DNA of 64,000 bases from an uncultured Acidobacteriaceae bacterium (GTDB lineage Bacteria > Acidobacteriota > Terriglobia > Terriglobales > Acidobacteriaceae), in NCBI GenBank assembly GCA_963835345.1, contig CAWIFG010000001.1:312768-376767 (forward strand), written 5' to 3'. Of the stretch, positions 9,798 to 20,089 are shown piece by piece. The notes beneath the pieces are model-generated. The model did no database searches and was not told the origin of the DNA. It worked only from the letters and a program-made list of their open reading frames with translations. Positions within the stretch are counted from its first letter, which is position 1; the number at the start of each line of letters is the position of its first letter. The translations under genes and the position numbers were made by a program.

Positions 9798-12113
9798 ATG
9801 CATCTCGGCGCAACCGCGGCTCTGCTTCTCGCCTTTCAGGACTATTCCCCAGCCGCCTCACCGACCTCCAGCAGTGACATTCTCTGGCTTTGGATCGCCA
9901 TCGGCATCGGCGTCCTCGCCCTCATCGCCGCGTTCATCCTGTCCCGCCTCGTCCTCTCCGGTGACACCGGTACCGCAGACATGCAGGAGATCTCCAACGC
10001 CATCCGCGAGGGCGCCGAAGCCTTCCTCGCCCGCCAGTACCGCACCATCGCGATCATCGCCGTCATCCTGGCCATCATCCTCTTCATCGGCTATCACGCC
10101 TCCGAGCGCACCGCGCCCTACGCGCTCCGCACCGTCATCAGCTTCCTCGTCGGCGCGTTCTGCTCCGGCATCGCCGGCTATACCGGCATGTACGTAGCCA
10201 TCCGCACCAACATCCGCGCCGCCGCCGCCGCCCGCTCCTCCTTCAATAAGGCCCTGCAGACGGCGCTGCGCGGCGGGGCTATCACCGGTCTGGTCGTCGT
10301 CGCCCTCGCCCTGCTCGGCATCAGCATCCTCTTCCTCGCCTACGGCGGCGTGAACAACGCCACTGCCGTCGTCGACCAGCTCGTCGGCTTCGGCTTCGGT
10401 GCCTCCCTGGTCGCACTCTTCGCCCAGCTCGGCGGCGGCATCTACACCAAGGCCGCTGACGTCGGCGCCGACCTCGTCGGCAAAGTCGAAGCCGGCATCC
10501 CTGAAGACGACCCCCGCAACCCCGCTGTCATCGCCGATCTCGTCGGCGACAACGTCGGCGACTGCGCCGGCCGCGGTGCCGACATCTTCGAGTCCACCGC
10601 CGCCGAAACCGTCGGCGCCATGATCCTCGGCGCCGCTCTCTACCCGGTCTTCGGAATCCGCGGCATCCTCTTCCCGCTGATCATTCACGCCATCAATCTC
10701 ATCGCGTCCACGGTGGGCGTCGCCGTCGTCCGCAGCAAAGAGACCGGCGATCCCATGCGCGCGCTCAACCGCGGCTTCTACGTCACCGCCATCCTCGCGC
10801 TCGGCGGCTTCGCCATCGTCGTCTGGAACCTCCTCACCGGCCCCGGCGTCGAGCCCGGCTGGTTCTTCGGCTGCGGCGTCGTCGGCCTCGTCACCGCATT
10901 CCTCTTCGTCTGGATCACGCAGTACTACACCGAGACCCGTTACCGTCCCGTAAAATCCATCGCCGACGCCTCGCTCACCGGCCCGGCCACCAACATCATC
11001 AGCGGCCTCGCTGTCGGCATGGAAACCCCCGCACTGCCCGTCATCGTCATCTGCGGCGCGCTTCTGCTCAGCTACTACTTCGGCATCCGCGGCCTCGACG
11101 GCTATCCCGGCATCTCCGACTACGAAAAGGGCATCTACGGCACCGCCATCGCTACCATGGGCATGCTCGCCACCGCCGCCTACATCCTCGCCATGGACAC
11201 CTTCGGCCCCATCACCGACAACGCCGGCGGCATCATCGAGATGTCCCACCAGCCCGACCACGTCCGCGAGCGCACCGACAAACTCGACGCCGCGGGCAAC
11301 ACCACCAAGGCGCTCACCAAGGGCTACGCCATCGGCTCCGCTGCGCTGGCTGCCTTCCTGCTCTTCTCCGCGTACCTCGAAGAGGTCCGCACCATCGTCG
11401 CTCACAAGGTCGAACTCGCGGGCCCACTCGGCTACATGCCGCACGGTTGGTCCTTCACCAATATCAACCTCGCTGAGGTTCCGGTCTTCGCCGGTGCGCT
11501 GCTCGGCGCGATGCTGGTCTTCCTCTTCTCCTCACTGGCTATCAAGGCGGTCGGCCACGCCGCCCAGAAGGTCGTGCAGGACGTTCGCGACCAGTTCCGC
11601 GAAAATCCCGGCATCATGGAAGGCACGGCCAAACCCGACTACGCACGCTGCGTCTCCATCGTCACCGCCTCCGCGCTGCGCGAGATGGTCGCCCCCGGCC
11701 TGCTGGTCGTCTTGATGCCGGTCGCCGTCGGCCTCATCTTCCGCAACTTCTCGGCCAGCTACGGCACCAGCTCGATCACGCTCGCTCCTGGCCAGATGAT
11801 GAACGTGCCTGCCATCAACGGCCATCCAGTTAACCTTGGCGGCGCCACGGCCGTCGCCGGTCTGCTGATGGTCGGCACCATCACCGGAATCCTCATGGCC
11901 ATGCTGATGAACAACGGCGGCGGCGCCTGGGACAACGCCAAAAAACTGATCGAAACCGGCCTCCACGGCGGCAAACGCTCCGACGCCCACAAGGCCGCCG
12001 TCGTCGGCGACACCGTCGGAGACCCCTTCAAGGACACCGCCGGCCCGTCGCTGCACGTGCTCATCAAACTGCTGGCCACGATCACGCTGGTGCTCGCGCC
12101 ACTGTTCCTCTAA
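9798..12113 (+). CDS. hppA: Membrane-bound pyrophosphatase, K+-independent H+-PPase type
   Basis: DVGADLVGKVE, DNVGDC and GDTVGDPFKD motifs; GNTTKA carries the Lys determinant of K+ independence. Confidence 0.95.
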   Translation: MHLGATAALLLAFQDYSPAASPTSSSDILWLWIAIGIGVLALIAAFILSRLVLSGDTGTADMQEISNAIREGAEAFLARQYRTIAIIAVILAIILFIGYHASERTAPYALRTVISFLVGAFCSGIAGYTGMYVAIRTNIRAAAAARSSFNKALQTALRGGAITGLVVVALALLGISILFLAYGGVNNATAVVDQLVGFGFGASLVALFAQLGGGIYTKAADVGADLVGKVEAGIPEDDPRNPAVIADLVGDNVGDCAGRGADIFESTAAETVGAMILGAALYPVFGIRGILFPLIIHAINLIASTVGVAVVRSKETGDPMRALNRGFYVTAILALGGFAIVVWNLLTGPGVEPGWFFGCGVVGLVTAFLFVWITQYYTETRYRPVKSIADASLTGPATNIISGLAVGMETPALPVIVICGALLLSYYFGIRGLDGYPGISDYEKGIYGTAIATMGMLATAAYILAMDTFGPITDNAGGIIEMSHQPDHVRERTDKLDAAGNTTKALTKGYAIGSAALAAFLLFSAYLEEVRTIVAHKVELAGPLGYMPHGWSFTNINLAEVPVFAGALLGAMLVFLFSSLAIKAVGHAAQKVVQDVRDQFRENPGIMEGTAKPDYARCVSIVTASALREMVAPGLLVVLMPVAVGLIFRNFSASYGTSSITLAPGQMMNVPAINGHPVNLGGATAVAGLLMVGTITGILMAMLMNNGGGAWDNAKKLIETGLHGGKRSDAHKAAVVGDTVGDPFKDTAGPSLHVLIKLLATITLVLAPLFL

Positions 12114-12125
12114 CCAACTCGATCC

Positions 12126-12157
12126 CAGAAAGGCCGCCCACGCGGGCGGCCTTTCTG
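12126..12157. terminator. Intrinsic terminator (bidirectional)
   Basis: cagaaaggccgccc-acgc-gggcggcctttctg. Confidence 0.85.
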
Positions 12158-12170
12158 CATCCGGCTTCCT

Positions 12171-12416
12171 TTAGGAACGCCCGGTCCGTCGGTTGAATGT
12201 GAATGCCATCGCGGCCGACCATACGACAGCAAACAGCCAGAAGTGGACGGTTACGAACGGTGCATCACTGAAAAGCTTCCAATGAAGCGGCCGGCCTACA
12301 AAGAAGAATGCGGTCCAAACCACACCGACATTAACTAGGCAGAAGAGGAACATCTTCCCAATGCGGACGCTGGCGTCGCCTCCGTTAAGCCACCTCGCAA
12401 TCGCCTCTCGTCTCAT
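12171..12416 (-). CDS. Small hypothetical membrane protein
   Basis: Two hydrophobic segments; TATGAT-N7-ATG at 12416. Confidence 0.55.
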   Translation of the reverse strand: MRREAIARWLNGGDASVRIGKMFLFCLVNVGVVWTAFFFVGRPLHWKLFSDAPFVTVHFWLFAVVWSAAMAFTFNRRTGRS

Positions 12417-12432
12417 CGGCAAAATCATATAG

Positions 12433-12467
12433 CCGGTGCCCCATGTCTCGGTCTGAGACGTGGGGCA
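12433..12467. repeat. REP-like palindrome, GGTGCCCCAT family
   Basis: ggtgccccatgtctcggtctgagacgtggggca; inverted relative at 21469-21501. Confidence 0.8.
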
Positions 12468-12473
12468 ACACCG

Positions 12474-12824
12474 TCACCGCGCCTCAATCTTCCCCGAAAT
12501 CTGGTTGTACTCGGCCTTGCTCACAATGTGCCGGTGGTACAGATCAGCCCCCTGCTGATACGGCCGCCCCGCAATAATCCTGTCCGCAATCTCCGGCGTG
12601 ACTCCGGGCAGCCGCTCGAGCTCATCGCTGCTCGCCTTGTTGATATTCACCGGCCCCTTCTGGCGCAGACCATCGAACACGCCCTGCACCACAGCCTTTC
12701 CATCCCGAACCGCGCCCGCGGTCACATGGGCCGTATCGTTCCGGATCGCATCCGGGCTGCGCGCCTCGTGACTACACCCCGCCAACCCGGCCACCATCAG
12801 CGCAACCCAGAGCACGTGCCTCAT
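12474..12824 (-). CDS. Lipoprotein with helix-hairpin-helix (ComEA-like) domain
   Basis: LAGC lipobox; VNINKASSDELERLPGV...ADRIIAGRPY; GGAGG before the ATG at 12824. Confidence 0.85.
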   Translation of the reverse strand: MRHVLWVALMVAGLAGCSHEARSPDAIRNDTAHVTAGAVRDGKAVVQGVFDGLRQKGPVNINKASSDELERLPGVTPEIADRIIAGRPYQQGADLYHRHIVSKAEYNQISGKIEAR

Positions 12825-12855
12825 CTGTCCTCCACACCGGATTGGATGCGGCATG

Positions 12856-12935
12856 CCGGGTGCCCCATCTGTACGCCGCAGCGGGGCCCCCGGCGAGCGT
12901 TTTTCGCTCGCTGGGGTGGAAGCGGACGGGTGGGA
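12856..12935. repeat. GGGTGCCCCAT palindrome carrying a nested GGGxCCCC-GCGAG..CTCGCTGGGGTG module
   Basis: gggtgccccatctgtacgccgcagc[ggggcccccggcgagcgtttttcgctcgctggggtg]gaagcggacgggtggga. Confidence 0.75.
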
Positions 12936-12945
12936 TGCACGATCC

Positions 12946-13557
12946 TCAAAACCGCAAATACACCCCCACCATCGGCTCTGCCGTATTAAAAAACGCCTTC
13001 GTCGACGAAAAGGCCGTCGACAACTGCGGCGCGCTGTACACATTCCCGCGATACTGCGCCCGAATCCCCAGGTGCGGCACTAACGCAACATCCACACCAC
13101 CGCCATACACCAGCACACCCGCCGTACTGTTCCTCGCCCCGGCGACATTCGATCCCGCCTGATGGAACAGCACCCCGCCGCCCGCCAGCAGGAATGGCCT
13201 CAGGTTCAGCACATGCAGCCCAACCTCCCAGGCCGCCGTGACCTCATGCGCATTCGCCGGCACATGAGCAGTCATCGTCGTCGGCTCATTGCCGCACGGC
13301 AGCCCACACGTGATCTGGCCGCCCGTATACCTCTGGTCCGCCCGGTTCCATGAATACGTCAGGGCATACCCCACCAGCGGGTTCGACTGATGATGCAGCT
13401 CCACCATCGCACCGCCCTGGTTCGCCGGGCTCTGGGTCACCCCATTCCCGGTCACCGACCCCGTGAACGCCCCGTACACGCTCGCCGCCAGATCCGTCTG
13501 TCCCTTGGCCACCCCACCACAAAGCGCAACCACCACCAACAAAGCCCAACCCCTCAT
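12946..13557 (-). CDS. Outer-membrane beta-barrel protein
   Basis: Signal peptide, alternating beta strands, C-terminal VGVYLRF. Confidence 0.8.
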   Translation of the reverse strand: MRGWALLVVVALCGGVAKGQTDLAASVYGAFTGSVTGNGVTQSPANQGGAMVELHHQSNPLVGYALTYSWNRADQRYTGGQITCGLPCGNEPTTMTAHVPANAHEVTAAWEVGLHVLNLRPFLLAGGGVLFHQAGSNVAGARNSTAGVLVYGGGVDVALVPHLGIRAQYRGNVYSAPQLSTAFSSTKAFFNTAEPMVGVYLRF

Positions 13558-13891
13558 GCTTCCTCCTTCACGGCTGACTGCCGATGGACCATTGTCCTTA
13601 GAACCCCGGCACGCACGCCGCGTTGCGGAGCCCCAGCAACTCCCTCATTCCAGAGATTTTACGATTTACGCCGGCGGCCCGTGCAAGGCTTACCCCTTTC
13701 GTTCCAGGACTTTGCACAAAATCCACCGTTCCGTGACACAAAGTCCAGACCTAAAGTCTCTCCTTCGAAGACTTTGCGCAAAAACGTACGGGGGGAAGGG
13801 GGTACCACTTCCCGAAAATTTCCACCGCTCGCGAGCGTATCCTTCTCCCGACCCGAAGCAGCCCCATCTCTCACCCATAGGAGACCGCTCG

Positions 13892-15007
13892 ATGAGCTCC
13901 GTCCGTGTCCTCGCCGGAACCCGCAAAGGCGCCTTCATCCTCACCTCCGACGGCAAGCGTAAGGGCTGGAAGATCTCCGGCCCGCACTTCACCGGCTGGG
14001 AGATCTACCACCTCAAAGGCTCCCCCATAGATCCGAAACGCCTCTACGCCTCGCAGACCTCCGGCTGGTTCGGCCAGCAGGTCCAGCGCTCCGACGACGG
14101 TGGCGAGACCTGGAACCCCATCAGCGCCCAGTTCACCTACGACGGCGTCCCCGGCACCCACCAGTGGTACGACGGCACCCCCCATCCCTGGGAGTTCAAG
14201 CGCGTCTGGCACCTCGAACCTTCGCTGACGGACCCGGATACCGTTTATGCGGGAGCGGAGGATGCCGCGCTGTTCAAGTCTACCGACGGCGGCCAGAACT
14301 GGACGGAACTGTCCGGCTTGCGGACAAACGCCACTGCCCCCGGGTGGCAGCCCGGCGCCGGCGGCATGTGCCTCCACACGATCATTCTTGATCCCACAAA
14401 TCCTGAGCGCATCGTGATTGCGATCTCTGCGGCGGGAGCGTTCAGAAGTGATGACGGCGGGAAGAGCTGGAAGCCGATTAACAAGGGCCTGAACTCGAAG
14501 TTCCTTCCCAATCCGACCGCTGAAGTTGGACATTGCGTGCACCACATCGCGATGAACGCCAAGACGCCCAAGACCTTGTTCATGCAGAAGCACTGGGATG
14601 TCATGCGCTCCGATGACGCGGGCGACAACTGGACTGAGGTGAGCGGGAATCTGCCGACGGACTTCGGTTTCGTCATCGATGTGCACACGCATGAGCCGGA
14701 GACGGTTTACGTTGTGCCGATCAAATCCGACTCCGAGCACTTCCCTCTGGATGGCAAGCTGCAGGTATTCCGGTCGAAGTCCGGCGGAAACGAATGGGAG
14801 CCGCTGACGAAGGGCCTCCCGCAGCAGGACTGCTATGTGAACGTGCTGCGCGATGCAATGTCTGTGGATGCGCTCGATGACTGCGGCATTTACTTCGGGA
14901 CGACCGGCGGACAGATTTACTGCTCGCCGGATGCGGGCAACTCATGGACCACCGTGACGGAGCATCTTCCGCCGGTGCTTTCGATTGAGGTGCAGACGCT
15001 CGCATGA
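13892..15007 (+). CDS. WD40/YVTN/BNR (Asp-box) beta-propeller protein
   Basis: Repeated [18 protein letters not shown] boxes; AGGAG before the ATG at 13892; no signal peptide. Confidence 0.85.
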   Translation: MSSVRVLAGTRKGAFILTSDGKRKGWKISGPHFTGWEIYHLKGSPIDPKRLYASQTSGWFGQQVQRSDDGGETWNPISAQFTYDGVPGTHQWYDGTPHPWEFKRVWHLEPSLTDPDTVYAGAEDAALFKSTDGGQNWTELSGLRTNATAPGWQPGAGGMCLHTIILDPTNPERIVIAISAAGAFRSDDGGKSWKPINKGLNSKFLPNPTAEVGHCVHHIAMNAKTPKTLFMQKHWDVMRSDDAGDNWTEVSGNLPTDFGFVIDVHTHEPETVYVVPIKSDSEHFPLDGKLQVFRSKSGGNEWEPLTKGLPQQDCYVNVLRDAMSVDALDDCGIYFGTTGGQIYCSPDAGNSWTTVTEHLPPVLSIEVQTLA

Positions 15008-15327
15008 GTCTCGAGCGCAAGCAGCGCATTCGGGTTGAACTTCCCGCGCCACTCTTGCGGCACGCGAAGATCACCTCCAGCCATGAACTTCAGTTGGAAG
15101 TTGCTGCACCGGCGACGCTGCGAGGTGTGCTGGATGCGCTTGAAGAAGCGCATCCAACGCTGCGCGGATGCGTGCGTGACCAGAACACAAACGAGCGCCG
15201 CGCGTTTATTCGCTTCTTCGCGTGCAATGAGGACCTATCCCACGATTCGGTCGATGCTCCACTGCCGGAAGAGGTCGTCAACGGACGCGAGCCGCTGATC
15301 ATTCTGGGCGCGATTGCGGGCGGATAG
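15004..15327 (+). CDS. MoaD/ThiS-family ubiquitin-like protein
   Basis: C-terminal AIAGG; ATGA overlap with the upstream gene. Confidence 0.88.
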   Translation: MSLERKQRIRVELPAPLLRHAKITSSHELQLEVAAPATLRGVLDALEEAHPTLRGCVRDQNTNERRAFIRFFACNEDLSHDSVDAPLPEEVVNGREPLIILGAIAGG

Positions 15328-15339
15328 CGTGAGAGCCGT

Positions 15340-15867
15340 TCAGAGCTCTTTCTCCATGATGAGGAACTCCAGGTCTTCGCGGAGCGGTGTGCCGAAGCGA
15401 GGATCGTCCTTCGGATATGGCTCGGCGTCCCCTGTTGCGCGATAGCCTCGGCGCTCGTACCAGGCGATGAGTGTGTCACGCACGTGCAGCACGCCGATGC
15501 GCATGCGAGTCGCACCACGTGAACGCGCGTAGTCTTCTGCTGCATCGAGCAGCTTGCGCCCCAGTTGCTGATTCTGCAAATCAGGATGTACGGTCAGCAG
15601 GCCGAGCGACCAGACGCCATCGCCTTCCGGGTTCAGCCATGCGGTTCCCAGCAGCGGGCCATCCGCTTCATCACGATAGATGAGCAGGGCTCCATCAGGT
15701 TTTGCGGCGAGTTCTTCGCGCAGCAGAGAGTGGTCGAGCCGCTGGCCGCCGACGATTCCCTTCTCGATATTCCAGCTTGGAGTGGCGCCCTCGCGTCCGC
15801 GATAGGCGAGGTTCGCAAGATCGATGACTTCGTCGTAGTCTGCTTCGACGGCCTTCCTCAAAACCAT
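15340..15867 (-). CDS. GNAT N-acetyltransferase
   Basis: VHPDLQNQQLGRKLL, WYERRGY. Confidence 0.88.
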   Translation of the reverse strand: MVLRKAVEADYDEVIDLANLAYRGREGATPSWNIEKGIVGGQRLDHSLLREELAAKPDGALLIYRDEADGPLLGTAWLNPEGDGVWSLGLLTVHPDLQNQQLGRKLLDAAEDYARSRGATRMRIGVLHVRDTLIAWYERRGYRATGDAEPYPKDDPRFGTPLREDLEFLIMEKEL

Positions 15868-15908
15868 CTGGTCAGTGTACGTGGTGGGCTTCTCCGTACA
15901 ATGGAGGC

Positions 15909-17309
15909 ATGGCACGTTTGTTTCCGTTTCGCGCTCTTCGCTATGACCCCACTCGCGTCAACATGGCCGACGTGGTGACGCAACCTTACGACAAGATCGA
16001 CAAGCAGATGCAGGAGCGCTACTACAACCTGAGTCCGTACAACCTGGTTCGGGTCGTGCTCGGCAAGCATTATCCGGACGACAACGACGAGCACAACGTG
16101 TACACGCGCGCCGCAGAGACGTTGAAGAAGTGGCGCGGAGAGCACATCCTGCACGAAGAGAGCGCGCCTGCGCTGTACGGCTACTCGCAGACGTATACCG
16201 TTCCGGGCACGGGCGGAGCGACCGGAACGAAGGCGGAGATTCGCGAGCGTCGCGGCTTTATAGCGCTGGGGCAGCTCCATGATTACGCGGACAAGATCGT
16301 GTATCGGCATGAGCAGACGTTTCCCAAGCACAAGTCAGATCGGCTGGCGTTGTTCAAGGCGACGCGCGCGTACTGTGAGCAGATTTACATGCTGTACTCT
16401 GACCCGACGTTCACGGCGGAGAAGGTGATCTTCGAAGCGCCGCCTGCGACTGCGGACAGCGGCGCGTCGGTTCGTCCTGATGCGCGCAAGCCGGATCTGG
16501 AGATTGTGGATGAGTATCACGTGGTCCATCGCGTGTGGAAGGTGACGGATGCGCAGTTGATCCAGCGTGTGCTGGATGCGATGAAGGACAAGTGGCTGCT
16601 CATTGCAGATGGCCACCACCGTTATGAGACCTCCGTTGCATACATGCATGAGCGCGCGGAGCAGATGCACTGCGATGCGAAGGCGGAGCCGAAACTGACT
16701 CCGGATGGCTTGCCGCAGCCTGCGTTTCCTGAACAGGCGATGATGATGACGTTTGTGAACATGGATGCGCCGGGGATTACGATTCTGCCGACGCATCGCG
16801 TTGTTTCAGGGCTCGCGAACTTCAACCTTCGCGAGTTTGCGGAAAAGGCGAAGCACTACTTCGATGTTCAGGAGCTGGAGAGTTCGCTGACGCCGGCGCA
16901 ACTGCTGGCGAAGTTGAACGCAACCGATGGAGTGGCGTTCGTGGCGGCGGCGCGCGACGGCAATCTGCTATTGAAGCCGAAGCCGGGGGCGGTTGCACCC
17001 GTGCTGAAGGGATTGTCGCCGCGGCAGCAGCAACTGGATGTGACGCAATTGCACAAGGTGATTCTCGAAAAGATGTTCGGGCTTGATGAGGAGACGATCC
17101 GCAAGGGCGAAGTGATTCGCTACTACCGCGAGGCGGATGAGTCTGTGGAGCGGGTGAAGAGCGGGAAGGCGGACGTCGCGTTTCTGATCAAGCCGGTAAC
17201 GCTGGAGCAGATGAAGGACATCTCGCTGAACCTGGAAGTGATGCCGCAGAAGTCAACGGATTTTTATCCAAAATTGCTGAGCGGCCTGGCGATGTACGCT
17301 CTCGATTGA
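15909..17309 (+). CDS. DUF1015 family protein
   Basis: QPYDKI, IADGHHRYET, MPQKSTDFYPKLLSGL. Confidence 0.9.
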   Translation: MARLFPFRALRYDPTRVNMADVVTQPYDKIDKQMQERYYNLSPYNLVRVVLGKHYPDDNDEHNVYTRAAETLKKWRGEHILHEESAPALYGYSQTYTVPGTGGATGTKAEIRERRGFIALGQLHDYADKIVYRHEQTFPKHKSDRLALFKATRAYCEQIYMLYSDPTFTAEKVIFEAPPATADSGASVRPDARKPDLEIVDEYHVVHRVWKVTDAQLIQRVLDAMKDKWLLIADGHHRYETSVAYMHERAEQMHCDAKAEPKLTPDGLPQPAFPEQAMMMTFVNMDAPGITILPTHRVVSGLANFNLREFAEKAKHYFDVQELESSLTPAQLLAKLNATDGVAFVAAARDGNLLLKPKPGAVAPVLKGLSPRQQQLDVTQLHKVILEKMFGLDEETIRKGEVIRYYREADESVERVKSGKADVAFLIKPVTLEQMKDISLNLEVMPQKSTDFYPKLLSGLAMYALD

Positions 17310-17353
17310 TTGGCGACGTTCTGCAGTTCAACGACGGGAGAACAATTTCTTCA

Positions 17354-18982
17354 ATGCAGGATGCGAGGAGCGCAGAGGCACGATCCGGCAGCCTGCGGCC
17401 GTTCTGGATAGCGGCAGCGATCTACGCGTTCATGCTGGGTGTGCTGCTTTTGCAGGCATGGCACATTGATCGGCTCCAGCAGCTGTACGCCGTGGATGAT
17501 GCGTACATTCACCTCGCGATGGCAAAGAATCTGCTGACTCATCATGTGTTCGGCGTCACGCCATTTGGATTTACGGGCGCGTCGTCCTCCGTGGTGTGGC
17601 CGTTTCTGCTGGCGGCGCTTGGTGCGGTGTTTGGTCTGCACGTGTGGCTGCCGTTTGCATTGAACGTTGCGCTTTCGCTGCTCCTGCTGTGGCTGGCCCA
17701 TCAATGGCTGTGGCGGATGGGAGTGGTGTCTGAGCGGCTGCGCATTGCCGCACTGGTTTCGATTGCAGTGCTTACACCGCTGAGCGGCCTTACGTCGCTG
17801 GGCCTGGAGCATGTGCTCGAGAGCATCACAGCGCTTGGGCTGCTGGTTGCAGCGGCTGAGGTTCTGGATCGCTCGCGTGACACGAAGAACGTGCTGCCGC
17901 TGATTGTGTGGGCCGCGGTAGCGACTTCGTCGCGCTATGAGATTGCATTTGAGATCGCGTGCATCTGTGCGCTGCTGGTGTGGCGGAGGCGGGTGGGCCT
18001 GGCTGTGGCGGTTGCAGGCGCGGGATTTCTTCCGATCCTGGCGTTCGGGATCTTCAGCATGAGCCATCCGGGGTCGCACTTCTTTCCCAACTCGCTGCTG
18101 TTGAAGACGGCACCTGCGTCGACTGCGCTCTCGGACCGGATTGCTCCGGTGCTGCAGAACGTAAAGTACGCGGGCAAGCATCTGCTGCCGGTTGGGTGGG
18201 CGGTTGTTCTGGGCCTGAGTATTGCGTCGATCCGGGCGCGTGGAGCGATGCGCGGGGCCGCGGCTGCCGGGATTATCACGGTTGGCCTGTCGGTGCTGCA
18301 CACATTGTTTTCGCGGATGGGACAGCTTGGCAGGTATGAGAGCTATCTGGTTGTGCTGACGATCTTCAGCATGTTCGTGCTGCTGGAAGAGTGTCGGGGA
18401 ACTCTGAGAGTTCTGCAGGCGAAGAAGATTGCCGGATGGCTTGTGGCCTGTGGCGTGCTCGCGCTGGTGCCGCGCGCAGCGGTGATTGTTGCGACCAATG
18501 CGGATGCGGTGCAATCGATTTTTCTGCAGCAGTATCAGATGGCGAAGTTCTTCGCTGCGAATTATCCGGATGCGCCGATCGCGGTGAATGATGTTGGGGC
18601 TGTGAGTTACTTTCACGATGGACCGATGCTGGATCTGTTTGGGCTGACCTCAAGCACGGTGCTGAATTTGAAGCTAGCGCATGCGTATGACACGAATGCA
18701 ATTCGGCAGCTTGCGGCGGAGCAGGGCGTGAAGGTAGTGGCGGTGTACGTGGAATGGTTTCAGGGAGCGGAGGCGCTTCCGCCGGAGTGGACCTATGCGG
18801 GAAGCCTCACGCCGAAGTGCCCGAGTCGTCATGCGACAGTTGGCGGGTTCACCATTGCGTTTTATGCGGTGCATCCGGAGGACGCGAAGGAGTTGCGGGC
18901 GAAGCTGGCGGCGTACTCGGCCCTGCTGCCATCGGGAACGAAGGTCGGACAGGACCCGTGGACGAGAGCGTGCGTCGCATGA
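17354..18982 (+). CDS. Polytopic membrane protein, GT-C glycosyltransferase-like
   Basis: DDAYIH after TM1, many TM helices, soluble C-terminal domain; start uncertain. Confidence 0.65.
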   Translation: MQDARSAEARSGSLRPFWIAAAIYAFMLGVLLLQAWHIDRLQQLYAVDDAYIHLAMAKNLLTHHVFGVTPFGFTGASSSVVWPFLLAALGAVFGLHVWLPFALNVALSLLLLWLAHQWLWRMGVVSERLRIAALVSIAVLTPLSGLTSLGLEHVLESITALGLLVAAAEVLDRSRDTKNVLPLIVWAAVATSSRYEIAFEIACICALLVWRRRVGLAVAVAGAGFLPILAFGIFSMSHPGSHFFPNSLLLKTAPASTALSDRIAPVLQNVKYAGKHLLPVGWAVVLGLSIASIRARGAMRGAAAAGIITVGLSVLHTLFSRMGQLGRYESYLVVLTIFSMFVLLEECRGTLRVLQAKKIAGWLVACGVLALVPRAAVIVATNADAVQSIFLQQYQMAKFFAANYPDAPIAVNDVGAVSYFHDGPMLDLFGLTSSTVLNLKLAHAYDTNAIRQLAAEQGVKVVAVYVEWFQGAEALPPEWTYAGSLTPKCPSRHATVGGFTIAFYAVHPEDAKELRAKLAAYSALLPSGTKVGQDPWTRACVA

Positions 18983-19032
18983 GCCGCTAATTTGCGTGTC
19001 ATCGGGCGGGGCTTCACGTAAGCTGTGACGAA

Positions 19033-19410
19033 ATGTCCAACTTTATTCAAACGACGCCGTTCATGCACGTTCCGATTGCGGAGTTTGAGGCTGCGGTGCA
19101 GTTTTTCCGCGACGTGCTTGGGTTCCATGAGCATCGCCATGTTCGTGACTATGCCTATTTGTCGCGCGAGGGCTGCGGGATTCGCATATGGGGGCGAGAG
19201 GATGCGGCGGACGCTCCGCGCGGGTGCAGGAATTTTCGGTATTACTTCGATGTCCGCGATGTGGATGCGCTGTATGAGGAGCTGAAGGCGAAATTGGGTG
19301 GGTTGCGGAACTGCGATGTGCATGGACCGGAAGACAAGAGCTATCAGCAGCGCGAGCTGCTGATCCTCGCACCGGATGGCGACCTGGTGTGCTTCGGGCA
19401 ACGACTGTGA
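19033..19410 (+). CDS. VOC / bleomycin-resistance family protein
   Basis: FFRDVLGF, DVDALYEEL, APDGDLVCFG. Confidence 0.85.
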   Translation: MSNFIQTTPFMHVPIAEFEAAVQFFRDVLGFHEHRHVRDYAYLSREGCGIRIWGREDAADAPRGCRNFRYYFDVRDVDALYEELKAKLGGLRNCDVHGPEDKSYQQRELLILAPDGDLVCFGQRL

Positions 19411-20033
19411 TGGCGATGGATCTTGTAACGCTCGAGGGTGAGCATGTAAGGCTGGAACCGCTGGAGCGGCGCCATGCGGCGGCGCTCGCGGAGGCGTCGG
19501 CTGCCGATACGTCGATCTATAAGTGGAGTCTTGTGCCGGTGGGGCGCGAGGCAATGGAGAGGTATATTGCGACCGCGCTGGCTTGGAGAGATGCGGGCAG
19601 TGCCCTGCCGTTTGTGACGGTGCGCAAGAGCGATGGCAAGGTGATTGGGGCGACGCGGTTCTGGGCGCTGGAGCGGTGGGCGTGGCCGGAAGGTTCGGCG
19701 CATCACGGCAAGCATGTGTTCGATACGGGAGAGATTGGCTATACGTGGCTGACGGCGTCGGCGGTGCGGACGGCGGTGAACACCGAGGCGAAGCTGCTGA
19801 TGCTGACGCACGCGTTCGAGGTGTGGCGGATGAACTCGGTGAGCTTTTGCACGGACGAGCGGAATGAGCGCTCGGCGGCGGCGCTGAAGCGGATTGGGGC
19901 GAAGCTCGAAGGCACACTGCGCGCGCACAGAATGGCCGCGGATTTTACGCCACGGAGTACGCTGAGGTTTTCGATTGTGGCGAGTGAGTGGCCGGAGGTG
20001 AAGCGAGGGCTCGAGGAGAAGCTTCGTTATTGA
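19410..20033 (+). CDS. GNAT (RimJ/RimL-like) acetyltransferase
   Basis: EIGYTWL, NTEAKLLML, NERSAAALKRIGA. Confidence 0.88.
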   Translation: MAMDLVTLEGEHVRLEPLERRHAAALAEASAADTSIYKWSLVPVGREAMERYIATALAWRDAGSALPFVTVRKSDGKVIGATRFWALERWAWPEGSAHHGKHVFDTGEIGYTWLTASAVRTAVNTEAKLLMLTHAFEVWRMNSVSFCTDERNERSAAALKRIGAKLEGTLRAHRMAADFTPRSTLRFSIVASEWPEVKRGLEEKLRY

Positions 20034-20089
20034 GAGGAACTATGGCGAGGCGACGAGCTTAGGCGCATAATCTGTTCTCAGGAGGAACC

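Noticed and set aside
13638-13778. Possible CRISPR mini-array
   Set aside because: The repeats are too divergent, there are only three, and no cas genes are present.
13463-13891. Long N-terminal extension of the propeller protein in the ORF track
   Set aside because: It overlaps the divergent gene and the repeat region. An RBS supports the ATG at 13892.
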